From: Candidatus Dormiibacterota bacterium
GTDB lineage: Bacteria > Chloroflexota > Dormibacteria > Aeolococcales > Aeolococcaceae
Direction of reading: 5' to 3'
Assembly: GCA_963709585.1 (NCBI GenBank)
Contig: CAVPXI010000014.1
Span: forward strand, 416,001 to 480,000
DNA length: 64,000 nucleotides
Shown piece by piece: positions 50,495-61,133 of the stretch. Below the pieces are notes generated by a model. The model saw nothing but the letters and a program-made list of their open reading frames with translations. It was not told where the DNA came from and made no database searches. A program made the position numbers and the translations under genes. Position 1 is the stretch's first letter. Every line of letters starts with the position of its first letter.

Positions 50495-53400
50495 ATGCCC
50501 AACCAATGGCCATCACCAAAGTGGGTACCAGCCGATCGACGCGGGATCGCTGTCAGTCTGCCGCTGGGTGCAAAGGAAGCAGCTGCCGCGCGAGGCGGCC
50601 CGACCGTGAAGGTAGTCAAACCTTGGGTAGCAAATCAACGGAGAGGCCAACCGCCAAGCCGCGCCGTCGTCACAACTTTTCATGACTCTGGCGGACAAAT
50701 CCGGCCGCGAATCCGGCGTCATAAACGCCGGCAGGCCCTCATTGCGCGGCGTACTCAGCGCTCCTCGCTCTGGGCATATCCCGACACGCTGAGACGCGCG
50801 CGACGCTGGGCAACTGGATTGGGCTTGGGAGCGCTTGGACTTTTGAGTATAGCAAGCAATCCTTCAGCTGCCGCCGCCCTAGCGATGATCGCGTTTCTAC
50901 TCCTGGCAGCCGCCGCGGCCTGTCTGCTCACGGAGCTAGTAGCCTCTCGACGCTACGCAACCGTACAGCCGTTGATACGGCCGGCGACCGCTACCTCACG
51001 CGAATGGGCACTCGCATTCGCGATAACTGCACTAACAAGTGGCGGTATGGTCCAAACGTGGTTCCATCCGGGAACGGTGATCGCCGGGGGCGATGTGACG
51101 CCTCCGGTCGGCAGTTTAAACTTCGCGAACGTATTCAGCTCCTGGCTGCCAGGCAACCTCGGAGCACCGAATAGTCGCGCCGGTGAATTCCCGTCTACTG
51201 CGATTGTTGGCCTAATAAGTCACACGCTCGGTGATACTGGCCTCGGTCAGAGAGTATTTTACACGCTCCTGTTCGTGGGCGCGGGCGCCTCTGCCCTGGC
51301 CCTCTTGCGTGTTCTAGGCGTTCGTCCCGTGCCGGCGACCGTCGGCGCTCTTCTGTACATCCTGAACCCCTACGTCTTGAGTGAGGTCGGGTTCAATCCG
51401 GTATTCATAGCGGCGCTGGTGCTGCTCCCGGCACTACCCGCCTGTATTCTTGCCGCTGGTCGCAATAGTCTCCCGTGGTATGTGGCGATCTGCCTGTTGG
51501 GGCTTAGCGCCCCGCTGGTTGGATATGCATACGAGAACCCGCCACTGGTATTGATGCTTATCGCGGCCATCTTCGCTGCGCCGACACTTGGGCTGGCGCT
51601 ATATGGTCGGCAGGTGGCCCAACGCTCGCTGATCGTTGCGGCCGCTGGGGGGTCGGTGATGCTAGCCGCCTCGGCATACTGGATCGTTCCTTCGGTATTC
51701 CAGCTTCACGACGTGGCCAGCTCTCAGTTGTCAACCCTGAGCGCGTGGTCGTGGACCGAGCAACGAGCCACATTGGCCAACGCCTTCTGGCTCAACACGA
51801 TCTGGTCTTGGAACTTTGCGGAATATCTGCCCATCGCGAGTGCCTACAGTGCGTTTCCCCTGTCACTCGCACGCTTTCTCCTTCCCATAACGGCGTTTGC
51901 GGCTCTCGGCCTCGCTCGTACTGACGGCGACTTCAATCGACGCGCGGCCACAATCGCCGCAGGGACCGCGCTCGGGGCGTTGATTCTTGTTCTGTTTAGC
52001 ACCGGGACGAACCTTCCTGGATCAATAGTCTTCGATCCCCTATATTCCCTCCCCCTCGGTTGGCTATTGCGTGAGCCGGGACGCTTCCTGATGGCAGCTG
52101 CCCTTGGTTACTCCATCCTCGCTGTGCTGACCATCGGCATGGTCGGCGACCGCCTGGGGTTCATACTGCTAGGCCGCTTCGCGAAGCTCCGCCTGGCAGC
52201 GCGACAGCGTCCGTTTCGAATCCTTGGCGCCATGGCAATAGCTAGCGGCGCCCTTGTCGTAGGCGGCGTGGCGTCATTCCCCATCGCAAACGGCGAGGTG
52301 GTTCCAGACAACCGCCCGCTGCTTCCGCCTCTTCATGTTTCGGTACCCAGCTACTGGCCCGAAATGGCAGCGGCGATAGATTCTTCGCCAGCCTCAGGTT
52401 CAGTGGTTGTCTTGCCTGAGGACGACTTCTATCAGATGCCGTACACGTGGGGCTTTTATGGTGACGACGGATTCATCTCGCAGCTCATTACCCGTCCCGT
52501 CATCGATCCTGTCGCGGATGGCTATGCACCGGCGCCACCGCAACTGCGCTCAGCCGTCTCATTACTGTCGCAGTCACTGCTCGACCAAAATGCTTCGGAA
52601 ACTCTCCGCCTGATGGATATTCTTCGCGCGCGCTTCGTTCTCGTTCGCGATGACATCGACGCGTCGTTCCCTGGGCGAGACATTACACCACCTGCCACTT
52701 TAGACACGGCGCTTGGGCACAGCCTTAACTTCAGGCTCGTCCGCCGCATCGGCGAACTCGCCCTATATCAACTGACGAGTACGCTGCCCCCACTCCTCGC
52801 CCACAACGTAGACGCGGTCACGATCAACGGTCCCACACCGGACTTACGTCTACTTCAGGTGCTCGCGGCTGACCAAGCGATCGTAAACTCGCGCCCGATG
52901 GCTGGGGTTCCGAGCATCACACAGCTGGATTTGGGGGCCTGGAACCAAACGCCCGGACACCTACACGAAACATTCACGGAATCGGCTGATCGTACATACC
53001 ACCTGATCCTTCTGAGTGGCAACCGTGCAGCTAGCGTCGTTCCTGCCGCCGCCAACACGCTCAACGTCACGGGTCTCGCTGTTGGTGAATCGGTGGCCGG
53101 GAGTGGAACCAAGACCCTCACGCTGAACCTACCTACAGGTCCCAACATGCTCGGGACGCAGACATTCGGCGCGGGCTGGGCGCTCGGCGATTGCAACGAC
53201 GTCCTGCCCATCACGCAGACAGGCATCAGCAGCTCCGTCCTGCCGAAAGCTGGGCCACTGGGAAGTGAAGCGGTCGAACTTCGTGCGAACCTCGATATCG
53301 GATGTATGTCCAGGGGCTTGAGCGACGTAGCGCCGGGCGCATCGATGATGATATCCCTCTACGTCCGGCACATCAGCGGAGCGCCCCCACGGCTATGCCT

Positions 53401-53911
53401 CTGGCAGATCGACGTGAACTCGTGCGCTCCGCTACCCGATCTGCCGCTAAGCGGCACGTGGCAGCGTTATGTTGCCGTCGTGCAGCCTCCGCCGCAGGTT
53501 CACTCCTTCGCTCTGTACCTCTATGCAGATAGTGACCCGTCGTCCACCCGGACAGTCAACGATTACTCGGACGTTAACATCGTCCAGATCTCTGGTGCCT
53601 ATGACTTTGCGCTCTTAGGGCAACCGATCCGGCCGGACAGCTCCGTTGCGCTTGACGTCCTTCACCAGAACAGCAACTCGCAGTGGATCGGGACTCCGAC
53701 TGATGAAGGTCGCACTACCGTCGATGGCCTGCTGCTTGGCTGGATCCGACCAGCGAGCGATCAGGTCGCCAATGTCCGATATACGCCTGCTGCCACCGTC
53801 GCGCTGGCTCAGGTCATTTCCATTTCTGCAATCTCAGCGAGCGTCTGCCTAGCCATCGCAACTTTTGCCACCATCAGATGGATGTCACGGCGCCTGCGCC
53901 ACCGAAAGTGA
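50495..53911 (+). CDS. large GT-C membrane glycosyltransferase (AftD/DUF3367-like) with carbohydrate-binding-like domain; start uncertain
   Basis: AGGD..PP, LYILNPY, LLREPGRF, VPSYW, VLPEDDFYQMPYTWG, about 13 TMs, C-terminal TM. Confidence 0.75.
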   Translation: MPNQWPSPKWVPADRRGIAVSLPLGAKEAAAARGGPTVKVVKPWVANQRRGQPPSRAVVTTFHDSGGQIRPRIRRHKRRQALIARRTQRSSLWAYPDTLRRARRWATGLGLGALGLLSIASNPSAAAALAMIAFLLLAAAAACLLTELVASRRYATVQPLIRPATATSREWALAFAITALTSGGMVQTWFHPGTVIAGGDVTPPVGSLNFANVFSSWLPGNLGAPNSRAGEFPSTAIVGLISHTLGDTGLGQRVFYTLLFVGAGASALALLRVLGVRPVPATVGALLYILNPYVLSEVGFNPVFIAALVLLPALPACILAAGRNSLPWYVAICLLGLSAPLVGYAYENPPLVLMLIAAIFAAPTLGLALYGRQVAQRSLIVAAAGGSVMLAASAYWIVPSVFQLHDVASSQLSTLSAWSWTEQRATLANAFWLNTIWSWNFAEYLPIASAYSAFPLSLARFLLPITAFAALGLARTDGDFNRRAATIAAGTALGALILVLFSTGTNLPGSIVFDPLYSLPLGWLLREPGRFLMAAALGYSILAVLTIGMVGDRLGFILLGRFAKLRLAARQRPFRILGAMAIASGALVVGGVASFPIANGEVVPDNRPLLPPLHVSVPSYWPEMAAAIDSSPASGSVVVLPEDDFYQMPYTWGFYGDDGFISQLITRPVIDPVADGYAPAPPQLRSAVSLLSQSLLDQNASETLRLMDILRARFVLVRDDIDASFPGRDITPPATLDTALGHSLNFRLVRRIGELALYQLTSTLPPLLAHNVDAVTINGPTPDLRLLQVLAADQAIVNSRPMAGVPSITQLDLGAWNQTPGHLHETFTESADRTYHLILLSGNRAASVVPAAANTLNVTGLAVGESVAGSGTKTLTLNLPTGPNMLGTQTFGAGWALGDCNDVLPITQTGISSSVLPKAGPLGSEAVELRANLDIGCMSRGLSDVAPGASMMISLYVRHISGAPPRLCLWQIDVNSCAPLPDLPLSGTWQRYVAVVQPPPQVHSFALYLYADSDPSSTRTVNDYSDVNIVQISGAYDFALLGQPIRPDSSVALDVLHQNSNSQWIGTPTDEGRTTVDGLLLGWIRPASDQVANVRYTPAATVALAQVISISAISASVCLAIATFATIRWMSRRLRHRK

Positions 53912-54300
53912 GCTCTTGTCAATTCTTGTGGAAATTCTTCTAGGCGAGTCGGTGAATTGAGCTACGCGGCGACACCCTCCATGTTCGGTTGACGTTGCAG
54001 CTTGCCGTCGACGAAGCGTTCGCCGGCGAGCAGGAGGAGGAGTTGGTTGGGGCCGTTGATTGCACGCCAATCAGGCTCAGCCGGGTGACCAACCTGGAGA
54101 CCAGGTAGAGCGCGTTCTCGCGCACCCGCATGCGCTTGGCCCCGTTGGTGCGCAGGCGCACGCCGGAGAAGATGCTCTCGAGGCAGGGCGCTGGTGGCAA
54201 CGCGGAGTGATGATCCTCGGCCAGGAGGAGAGGGTCGCGTTGGCGCCCTGGTGGCGGTAACGCCCGGCCGCAACAAGCGACGGCAGCCCGGTTCGCGGGG
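53910..54300 (-). mobile_element. IS256-family remnant (transposase C-terminus and right end)
   Basis: ESIFSGVRLRT..AKRMR..ENALYLV / WRAINGPNQL..LLAGERFVDGKL across frameshifts; terminus GAGCTCTTGTCAATTCTTGTGGA at 53910. Confidence 0.7.
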
Positions 54301-54450
54301 CGCCGAACAGCGGGTGCAGTATCTCCGAGGCGTCGGGTGCGTGCTGGCCGGGTAGCTGCGCGCCCGGGCGCCCACCTCCGGCACGGGTGCGGCGCCGCTC
54401 CGCCATTGCCCGGACGTACACGGCAGCACAGAAAGGTCCGGGGTAGGGAG

Positions 54451-55266
54451 CTACGGCGTCGGTGGGCGCATCGCCGCGAAGTAGCCACGCAGCCCGCTCG
54501 CCTCTGGGTCTAAGCGAACCTCGAAACCCGCACTTTCAAGCATCCGCTTCAGATCCGACGGCCCACGGTGGTCCACCGTTTCGAACTCACCGACGATCCG
54601 GGCGATGTGCGGCAGAACTTCAAATGAGCCTTCGAAGATGTCGTACTCGGACCCCTCGCAGTCGACCTTTAGTACGTCCACGCGTTCGAAGCCATGCCTG
54701 CGGAGGACATCGGACAGTGTCTGCACGGGTACCTCGAGACCGGGGCCGCCCGCCCGCACCCGTCCGGTGACCGTGGCACCCGATGTGTCAAGCACAGCGG
54801 TGCCGCGCTCGCGTCCTAGCGCCACCGCCTCGACGATGATGCGATCCTCTAGGCCGTTCCGCGCTATGTTGGCGCGGAGTAACCGTGCCGCATCCCGCGA
54901 CGGCTCGACTGCGAGAATGCGGGCGTTGGGCGCCTAACTCGCGTACCACAACGTTGCCATTCCGACGTTGGCTCCAATGTCGACAATGGTGCGCACGGTC
55001 GACCAATCGAGACCGGGGATGTCGTACGAGAGCGTCACGAACACTTCGAGAAAGGGCGCGAACTCATCGGCGCGGCACTCGATCTCCATCCCGTTGCGCA
55101 CCTGCAGCAGCATCCGGCGTCGGGAAAGCCGGCTGCGCATGAGGAGGTTGTTGGGTGGGAGATAGCGGTTGGGGGACACCAGCGATCCAAGCGGCGCGAC
55201 AGTGGGCCAGTTGCGGAGCTGCCGTCGCGTGTCGTGGAAGAGCGTCCTGAGGTTGTGGATCTGCAT
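54451..55266 (-). pseudogene. FkbM-family methyltransferase with in-frame TAG at 54934-54936
   Basis: IVDIGANVG..TLWYAS*APNARILAVEP, LKVDCEGSEY. Confidence 0.85.
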
Positions 55267-55574
55267 GTCGAGCCCCGTGTCTTACGCTACCCGGGACGGC
55301 GGGCGGAAGGCCTTTGCCCCGCCAGGCAGCCTCGGCGCAGTGCCCGGATACGAATGCTGCGGTGGACGAGTCGGAGGCTTGGCACGGTTACGGTCCTTCC
55401 AGGTGCGGTCCGCGGACGCTGACACGAGTCTACTCAACGCGCGGTGGGGCTTGTCGCTCGGGAACTCCCTGCGGCGCGTCCACGCCCGCCGGGTCGAGGC
55501 GCATCGCGTTAGAAGTCATTCGCATGACCGTCGTTGCTGGCCCAACAGGAATCTGCCTTAGTTGACCGCGTCCC

Positions 55575-56029
55575 GTCGGCGTGGTGGGCATCACGCTCAA
55601 AGCGAAGAGGACCGTTGCCAGATGTCTTCGCTCTCTTCACGCACCAACCATTTCGTCAACGCTCTTGGTGGTCGACCACTTCTCGACCGACAGTACCCCA
55701 GATATCGCTCGCCGGATGGCTGATGTGGTGCTCGGCGGGCTGCCCGGGCTGACGACGCCTCCGCCCTTCTTTCGGCACAGCGCAACTTCGGAGCCGCACA
55801 TCTCGATACCGACAGTCGCATAACATTGGATCGACCTTGCTTGCGGAGGCCGTGGCTTCTCATGTACCCACACCCGTGGAAAGGAGCATGCCTCTTCGCG
55901 CTCAACGGCGGTGAGACACTGGCCGTCCTTCTCAAGGTCGTCCAAACATCGCTGTCGGCGGACATTGCCAACGCGAGGCGCTCGGCACCGGTAAGTCAAC
56001 GCGTCTTGTCCGGGCAGCCGCGCGTCTGA
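55575..56029 (+). pseudogene. degenerate, internally deleted copy of the GT2 at 58968
   Basis: VVDHFSTDST.DIARR..GLTTPPPFF..RNFGAAHLDT joined directly to LDRP..RRPWLL.YP.PWKGACL. Confidence 0.8.
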
Positions 56030-56344
56030 ACGACCGCCCGTCAGATGAGAACCTGGAGCTGATCCATGGCCAGCAACCTTTGAGATGCCTGGCCGCCCGT
56101 CAAAGAGGCGACCGTCGATCGGGCTGCGGACGTAACCGCGTCACACGCGTGGAACCCGCCACTCGATTCATAGGAGGGATCCGGTACCATTCCCGCATTG
56201 TGGTGTGCGCCCGATCGGGCGCTTGGACAGAGGCCGAAGCGTTTCAGGGAAAGGAGGCTATGTGGGGGTAGCGCGGCGTGTCTCCCACCCTGCGTGCGCC
56301 CTCACTCCGCGGGAGCAGTTGCGCCGAGTGCCGGGTCACTAGAG

Positions 56345-58930
56345 GTGAACGACAACTGGCATCTGCCTCAAACTTCGCCCCCCGAGCCACGGGCCCGGGC
56401 TCGGGGGGCGGCGAGCCGGGGTGTAGACCGTCGAGGTTTCGCGCGTGGAGCGGTGGCCCGCAGGACCCTCGGATCGGCGGTCCTCGTCATTGGAATGCTC
56501 TGGCTCGCGGGCATGCTCCCAGCCGGGCAGGCAGCAATTGCCAGTGCGGCGGGCGTGGCTCGGGCACTCGCCAGCTCCGGAGCGACCCGTACATCGGCCT
56601 CGTTCGTCGCGGCACCTCCGCCGCACGTCATGGTCGTCGTGGAAGAGAACCAAGAGTCCACCAGCATCATCGGCAACTCGAACGCGCCGTATATCAACAG
56701 CCTCGCGACGAAGTATGCGTCGGCGACGCAGTGGTACTCGGTCGAGCACACCAGTCAGCTCGACTATATGGATCTGCTCACCGGCGCCAACCAGAATTGT
56801 TGCGCGGGCGCTCCGTATTCCGCAACGACGCTGGTCGACGAGTTGCACGCCAAAAGCACTCCCATACCATGGAAGGCATACATGGAGAACATGCCTTCCA
56901 ATTGCACCAAGCTCGCGGACACCACCGGCCTCTACCAGAATACTCACAACCCTTTCCGCTATTTCACCAAATACACAACCAACTCAGGCGGATGGTGCAG
57001 CACTACTAACCAGAACACTGAGGGAGTGCTGACGTACCCGGCTGGCGGTGTCGTGTCTGCTCTGACCGGCACCAATGCGCCCGACTTCGTGTGGATCACG
57101 CCCAACGATTGCAATGACATGCACGGTGACACCACCACCGGTTCCACCTGCACGAGCAGCACCAGCAGTCAGCTCATCACAGCCGGCGATACGTGGCTGT
57201 CAACCAACATCGCCCCGGTCATCAGCTCGACGTGGTTCAAGCAGAACGGCGTCATCATCATCACCTGGGACGAAGGGACGTCCGGTAAGGGATGCTGCGG
57301 CCTGACTTCCCCGGGCGGCCATATCGCGACCATCGTGGTCACGTCCAACAACCAGGGCCTGGGCCAGTTCACGGGAATCGGCGACCACTTCGGCACGTTG
57401 GCGGCGATCGAGAAGGCGTACGGGGTCGCACTCCTCGGCGGCTCTGCGAGCTCGGTCAACGGTGACCTGACCGGGGCGTTTGGCCAATCGCCGAGCAACT
57501 TCCTCTCGCCGGAGGATGCATCGTTCGAGAGTGGGACGGTGGGAACGTGGGCTCCCTGGAGCAACAGCACGCTGGCCAACTCGACAGCGCACGCACTCGA
57601 CGGAACGCATTCGCTCGCAATGACCTCTGCCGCTGCTGGGTATGCGTACGCCTACTCGCTGGGGCCTTCGTACTACACCATTTCGCCCAGCACGTCGTAC
57701 AGCTTCCTTGCCTCGATGTTCTCCGGTACGGCTGCTCGGACAGGTTACCTACAGTTGGAGTGGTACGACGCGACGAAGACCGTCATCTCGGAGTCCAGGT
57801 CCGGAGGGTCTTCGCTCAGCACTTCCGCCTGGACGTCTCTCTCGTACACGACGACGTCCCCCAGCAACGCTGCGTTCGTCCTTCCGATCGTCATTGCGGG
57901 GTCGGCAGCGGGCGCAGGTGAGATCACCTACATTGACGCGCTCAGCCTCGCCCCGGCCGCAGCGACAACCAACCTGCTTTCGCCGGAGGATGCATCGTTC
58001 GAGGGTGGGACGGTGGGAACATGGGCTCCCTGGAGCAACAGCACGCTGGCCAACTCGACAGCGCACGCACTCGACGGAACGCATTCGCTCGCAATGACCT
58101 CTGCCGCTGCTGGGTATGCGTACGCCTACTCGCTGGGGCCTTCGTACTACACCATTTCGCCCAGCACGTCGTACAGCTTCCTTGCCTCGATGTTCTCCGG
58201 TACGGCTGCTCGGACAGGTTACCTACAGTTGGAGTGGTACGACGCGACGAAGACCGTCATCTCGGAGTCCAGGTCCGGAGGGTCTTCGCTCAGCACTTCC
58301 GCCTGGACGTCTCTCTCGTACACGACGACGTCCCCCAGCAACGCTGCGTTCGTCCTTCCGATCGTCATTGCGGGGTCGGCAGCGGGCGCAGGTGAGATCA
58401 CCTACATTGACGCGCTCAGCCTCGCCCCGGCCGCAGCGACAACCAACCTGCTTTCGCCGGAGGATGCATCGTTCGAGGGTGGGACGGTGGGAACATGGGC
58501 TCCCTGGAGCAACAGCACGCTGGCCAACTCGACAGCGCACGCACTCGACGGAACGCATTCGCTCGCAATGACCTCTGCCGCTGCTGGGTATGCGTACGCC
58601 TACTCGCTGGGGCCTTCGTACTACACCATTTCGCCCAGCACGTCGTACAGCTTCCTTGCCTCGATGTTCTCCGGTACGGCTGCTCGGACAGGTTACCTAC
58701 AGTTGGAGTGGTACGACGCGACGAAGACCGTCATCTCGGAGTCCAGGTCCGGAGGGTCTTCGCTCAGCACTTCCGCCTGGACGTCTCTCTCGTACACGAC
58801 GACGTCCCCCAGCAACGCTGCGTTCGTCCTTCCGATCGTCATTGCGGGGTCGGCAGCGGGCGCAGGTGAAGTCACCTACATCGACGAGACCAGCCTTGCC
58901 CCAGGCACCAGCACAGTCTGGACTCCCTAA
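56345..58930 (+). CDS. secreted phosphoesterase (acid phosphatase/PLC family) with three tandem CBM-like beta-sandwich domains
   Basis: DRRGF Tat-like signal; HVMVVVEEN, APYINSLA, HTSQLDY, HNPF, WITPNDCNDMH, IITWDEG; repeats NLLSPEDASFE.GT..W....YIDALSL. Confidence 0.85.
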   Translation: MNDNWHLPQTSPPEPRARARGAASRGVDRRGFARGAVARRTLGSAVLVIGMLWLAGMLPAGQAAIASAAGVARALASSGATRTSASFVAAPPPHVMVVVEENQESTSIIGNSNAPYINSLATKYASATQWYSVEHTSQLDYMDLLTGANQNCCAGAPYSATTLVDELHAKSTPIPWKAYMENMPSNCTKLADTTGLYQNTHNPFRYFTKYTTNSGGWCSTTNQNTEGVLTYPAGGVVSALTGTNAPDFVWITPNDCNDMHGDTTTGSTCTSSTSSQLITAGDTWLSTNIAPVISSTWFKQNGVIIITWDEGTSGKGCCGLTSPGGHIATIVVTSNNQGLGQFTGIGDHFGTLAAIEKAYGVALLGGSASSVNGDLTGAFGQSPSNFLSPEDASFESGTVGTWAPWSNSTLANSTAHALDGTHSLAMTSAAAGYAYAYSLGPSYYTISPSTSYSFLASMFSGTAARTGYLQLEWYDATKTVISESRSGGSSLSTSAWTSLSYTTTSPSNAAFVLPIVIAGSAAGAGEITYIDALSLAPAAATTNLLSPEDASFEGGTVGTWAPWSNSTLANSTAHALDGTHSLAMTSAAAGYAYAYSLGPSYYTISPSTSYSFLASMFSGTAARTGYLQLEWYDATKTVISESRSGGSSLSTSAWTSLSYTTTSPSNAAFVLPIVIAGSAAGAGEITYIDALSLAPAAATTNLLSPEDASFEGGTVGTWAPWSNSTLANSTAHALDGTHSLAMTSAAAGYAYAYSLGPSYYTISPSTSYSFLASMFSGTAARTGYLQLEWYDATKTVISESRSGGSSLSTSAWTSLSYTTTSPSNAAFVLPIVIAGSAAGAGEVTYIDETSLAPGTSTVWTP
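57497..58902 (+). repeat. three tandem 474-bp (158-aa) near-identical repeats
   Basis: Units start at 57497, 57971 and 58445; identical shadow ORFs recur every 474 nt. Confidence 0.97.
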
Positions 58931-58967
58931 CCCGGACGTCAGTCCCAACATAGGAACTTGAGTCGGC

Positions 58968-59810
58968 TTGATCACGTCGATCGGGGTGGTCGTCATCACC
59001 CTCAACGCTGAGAGAACTGTTGAGCAATGCCTTCGTTCTCTTCGTTCGCAGACCATTGTGTCGACTATTGTTGTCGTTGACTATTTTTCGACTGACGGAA
59101 CCCACGATATCGCTCGTCGGATAGCAGATGTTGTGCTGATAGGCCCCACTGGGCTAACAACACCGCCGCCCTTTTTTTCCGCGCAACGCAACTTCGGTGC
59201 CGCGCATCTAGATACCGAGCTCGTTGCTTTCATCGATGCCGACATGGTGCTGGAGCCGACAGTGCTCGAGGAAGCCGTGATGGAGATAGAGCGGGGATGT
59301 GGGGGCGTCACAATTCCGGAGCGCACCGTGGGTGAGGGATTTTGGACCTCGATCCGCGCCTTCGAGCGCAGCTTCTACCTGCACAGCAACGTCGAGTGCG
59401 CGAGAGTGTTCACCCGCGATATCTTCAATCGCGTCGGGGGCTTCGACGAAGGTCTGCCAACGAAAGAGGACGTCGACTTGCACATGCGAGTTGCGGCAGT
59501 ATCGGCCATGGGCCGTACAACTTCGTTCATAAACCACGATGAGGGCCGAACCAGTTTCCGAAGTCTTATCAAAAAGAAAGCGGTTTATGCGGCTGGAATG
59601 GAGGCGTTTATCACGAAGTATCGCGGTGCGGCGGTGTCGCACACGCTTGATCGCCCCTACTTTCGGAGGCCGTGGCTACTCATCTATCCAAGTCCGTGGA
59701 AAGGGGCATGTCTTATCGCCCTCAAGGGCGGCGAGGGCATGGGCGTCGCCCTCAAGGTCTTTCAAGATCGATATAGGCGGAGGAGCGCGCGCTGGCGGGA
59801 TAGCGCCTAG
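58968..59810 (+). CDS. GT2 family glycosyltransferase
   Basis: VVVITLNAE, VVDYFSTDGT, QRNFGA, FIDADM, GGFDE..EDVDL. Confidence 0.9.
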   Translation: MITSIGVVVITLNAERTVEQCLRSLRSQTIVSTIVVVDYFSTDGTHDIARRIADVVLIGPTGLTTPPPFFSAQRNFGAAHLDTELVAFIDADMVLEPTVLEEAVMEIERGCGGVTIPERTVGEGFWTSIRAFERSFYLHSNVECARVFTRDIFNRVGGFDEGLPTKEDVDLHMRVAAVSAMGRTTSFINHDEGRTSFRSLIKKKAVYAAGMEAFITKYRGAAVSHTLDRPYFRRPWLLIYPSPWKGACLIALKGGEGMGVALKVFQDRYRRRSARWRDSA

Positions 59811-60008
59811 GTTGCGGCGATTCCAAGTTGAGGCGACAGTCGTGCTCATCTCGGGCGCATTTTCGCGCACCGTACACTGGCCGACCCGGCATAGCGCTGA
59901 AGTTGGGACTGCGAGTGTGGCGCGCTCGAAGTTGTGGTAGGCGAGATAGTCTTGGATATCGCGCGAGGCGTGCTTTTGGGAGACACGGAGCGCGCGAAGC
60001 GGCGTTCG

Positions 60009-61082
60009 CTAGAATTCTTCGCCCGCCACCACCTCCTCCGCCCGTGGCATCTCGAATCGGAAAAGCGACGCCCCGGTCAGGTGGTACCGGCGGCGGGCAA
60101 ACAGGTAGCAGACCCAGCCGATGACGGTGTTGAGGCCCTTGTCGGCCAGGCGCTGCATCACGCTGATCGCGGTTGCGAGGTCGAAGCTCACGCCGAGCAG
60201 GACCAGCAGCCCCGCGGTGCTCGCCTCGACCGCGCCGAGTCCGCCCGGCGAGAAGCTCAACCACGCAGCCCCCTGGGTCACCGCGTAGACGAAGCCGGCG
60301 CTCGTCCAGCTCAACTTGCCGGGGTCGACCGCCTCAGCGACGGCCCAGAGCAGGGTCACCGCCATCGCCGCCTGTGCGGCGCTGAGCGGCAGGTATCGAT
60401 ACGTGTCCACATGCCGGAAGAGCGCGCGTGTGTCGCGCTGCAGAACGTCGACCGCAGGGCGGATGCGCTTGAGCACCGGCACCCGTCCGATGATGCGACG
60501 CACCCGCGCGTACAACCTTTCGACGGTCAGCATCGCGACGATCGCGACCACGAACAGCATCGGCACCACCACCGCGATCGCGATGAGGTGGAGACCGAGC
60601 GCCTTGGGCAGTGCGAGCGCGAAGAGCATGAACACGAACAGCAATTCCTGCACGGTTTCGCTGGCGACCACGGCGCCGAGGTGCACGCCTGCCGCCTTCG
60701 ACACGAGCAGCGCGCGGGTCAGCTCACCGAGCGGGAGGAGCGCCGTCGCCTGCCCGGTCTCGGTGAGAAACACCGTGTCCCGCAATGGAAATTTGATGCC
60801 GAGCGCACGGTTCAGCGTCCACCACCGCACCCCCTGGACGGCATAGAAGCCGACCGCGAGCACGACGACGAGCGGTATGTAGATGAGGTTGAACCGCTGG
60901 AAGGCGATGCCGATCTTGTGCGGATCCGCATATACCAGCAGCGCCGCGATGGCTCCGAGCGCGAACAGCAGCGGGATGTATGCCACCCAGCGGCGTCGTG
61001 AACGAGGCGCCACATCGGACTCGTCGTGATCAAGCTCGTCCCGCGAGCGCTGCTCGTCGGGACGGGCAGCCTCCGTCACCAC
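60009..61082 (-). CDS. lysylphosphatidylglycerol-synthase TM / flippase-like (UPF0104) protein
   Basis: RWW.L, LLPLGEL.RA, SPGGLGAVEA, multiple TMs. Confidence 0.85.
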   Translation of the reverse strand: MVTEAARPDEQRSRDELDHDESDVAPRSRRRWVAYIPLLFALGAIAALLVYADPHKIGIAFQRFNLIYIPLVVVLAVGFYAVQGVRWWTLNRALGIKFPLRDTVFLTETGQATALLPLGELTRALLVSKAAGVHLGAVVASETVQELLFVFMLFALALPKALGLHLIAIAVVVPMLFVVAIVAMLTVERLYARVRRIIGRVPVLKRIRPAVDVLQRDTRALFRHVDTYRYLPLSAAQAAMAVTLLWAVAEAVDPGKLSWTSAGFVYAVTQGAAWLSFSPGGLGAVEASTAGLLVLLGVSFDLATAISVMQRLADKGLNTVIGWVCYLFARRRYHLTGASLFRFEMPRAEEVVAGEEF

Positions 61083-61133
61083 GCGTCGATGGTATGCCCA
61101 GACCCGCCGCGAAGCGCGCCGGGCGGCTATCCG

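Noticed and set aside
57497-58902. Diversity-generating retroelement or CRISPR interpretation of the long repeats
   Set aside because: Repeats are in-frame protein domains without spacers, there is no adenine-specific variation, and no reverse transcriptase or cas genes are in the window
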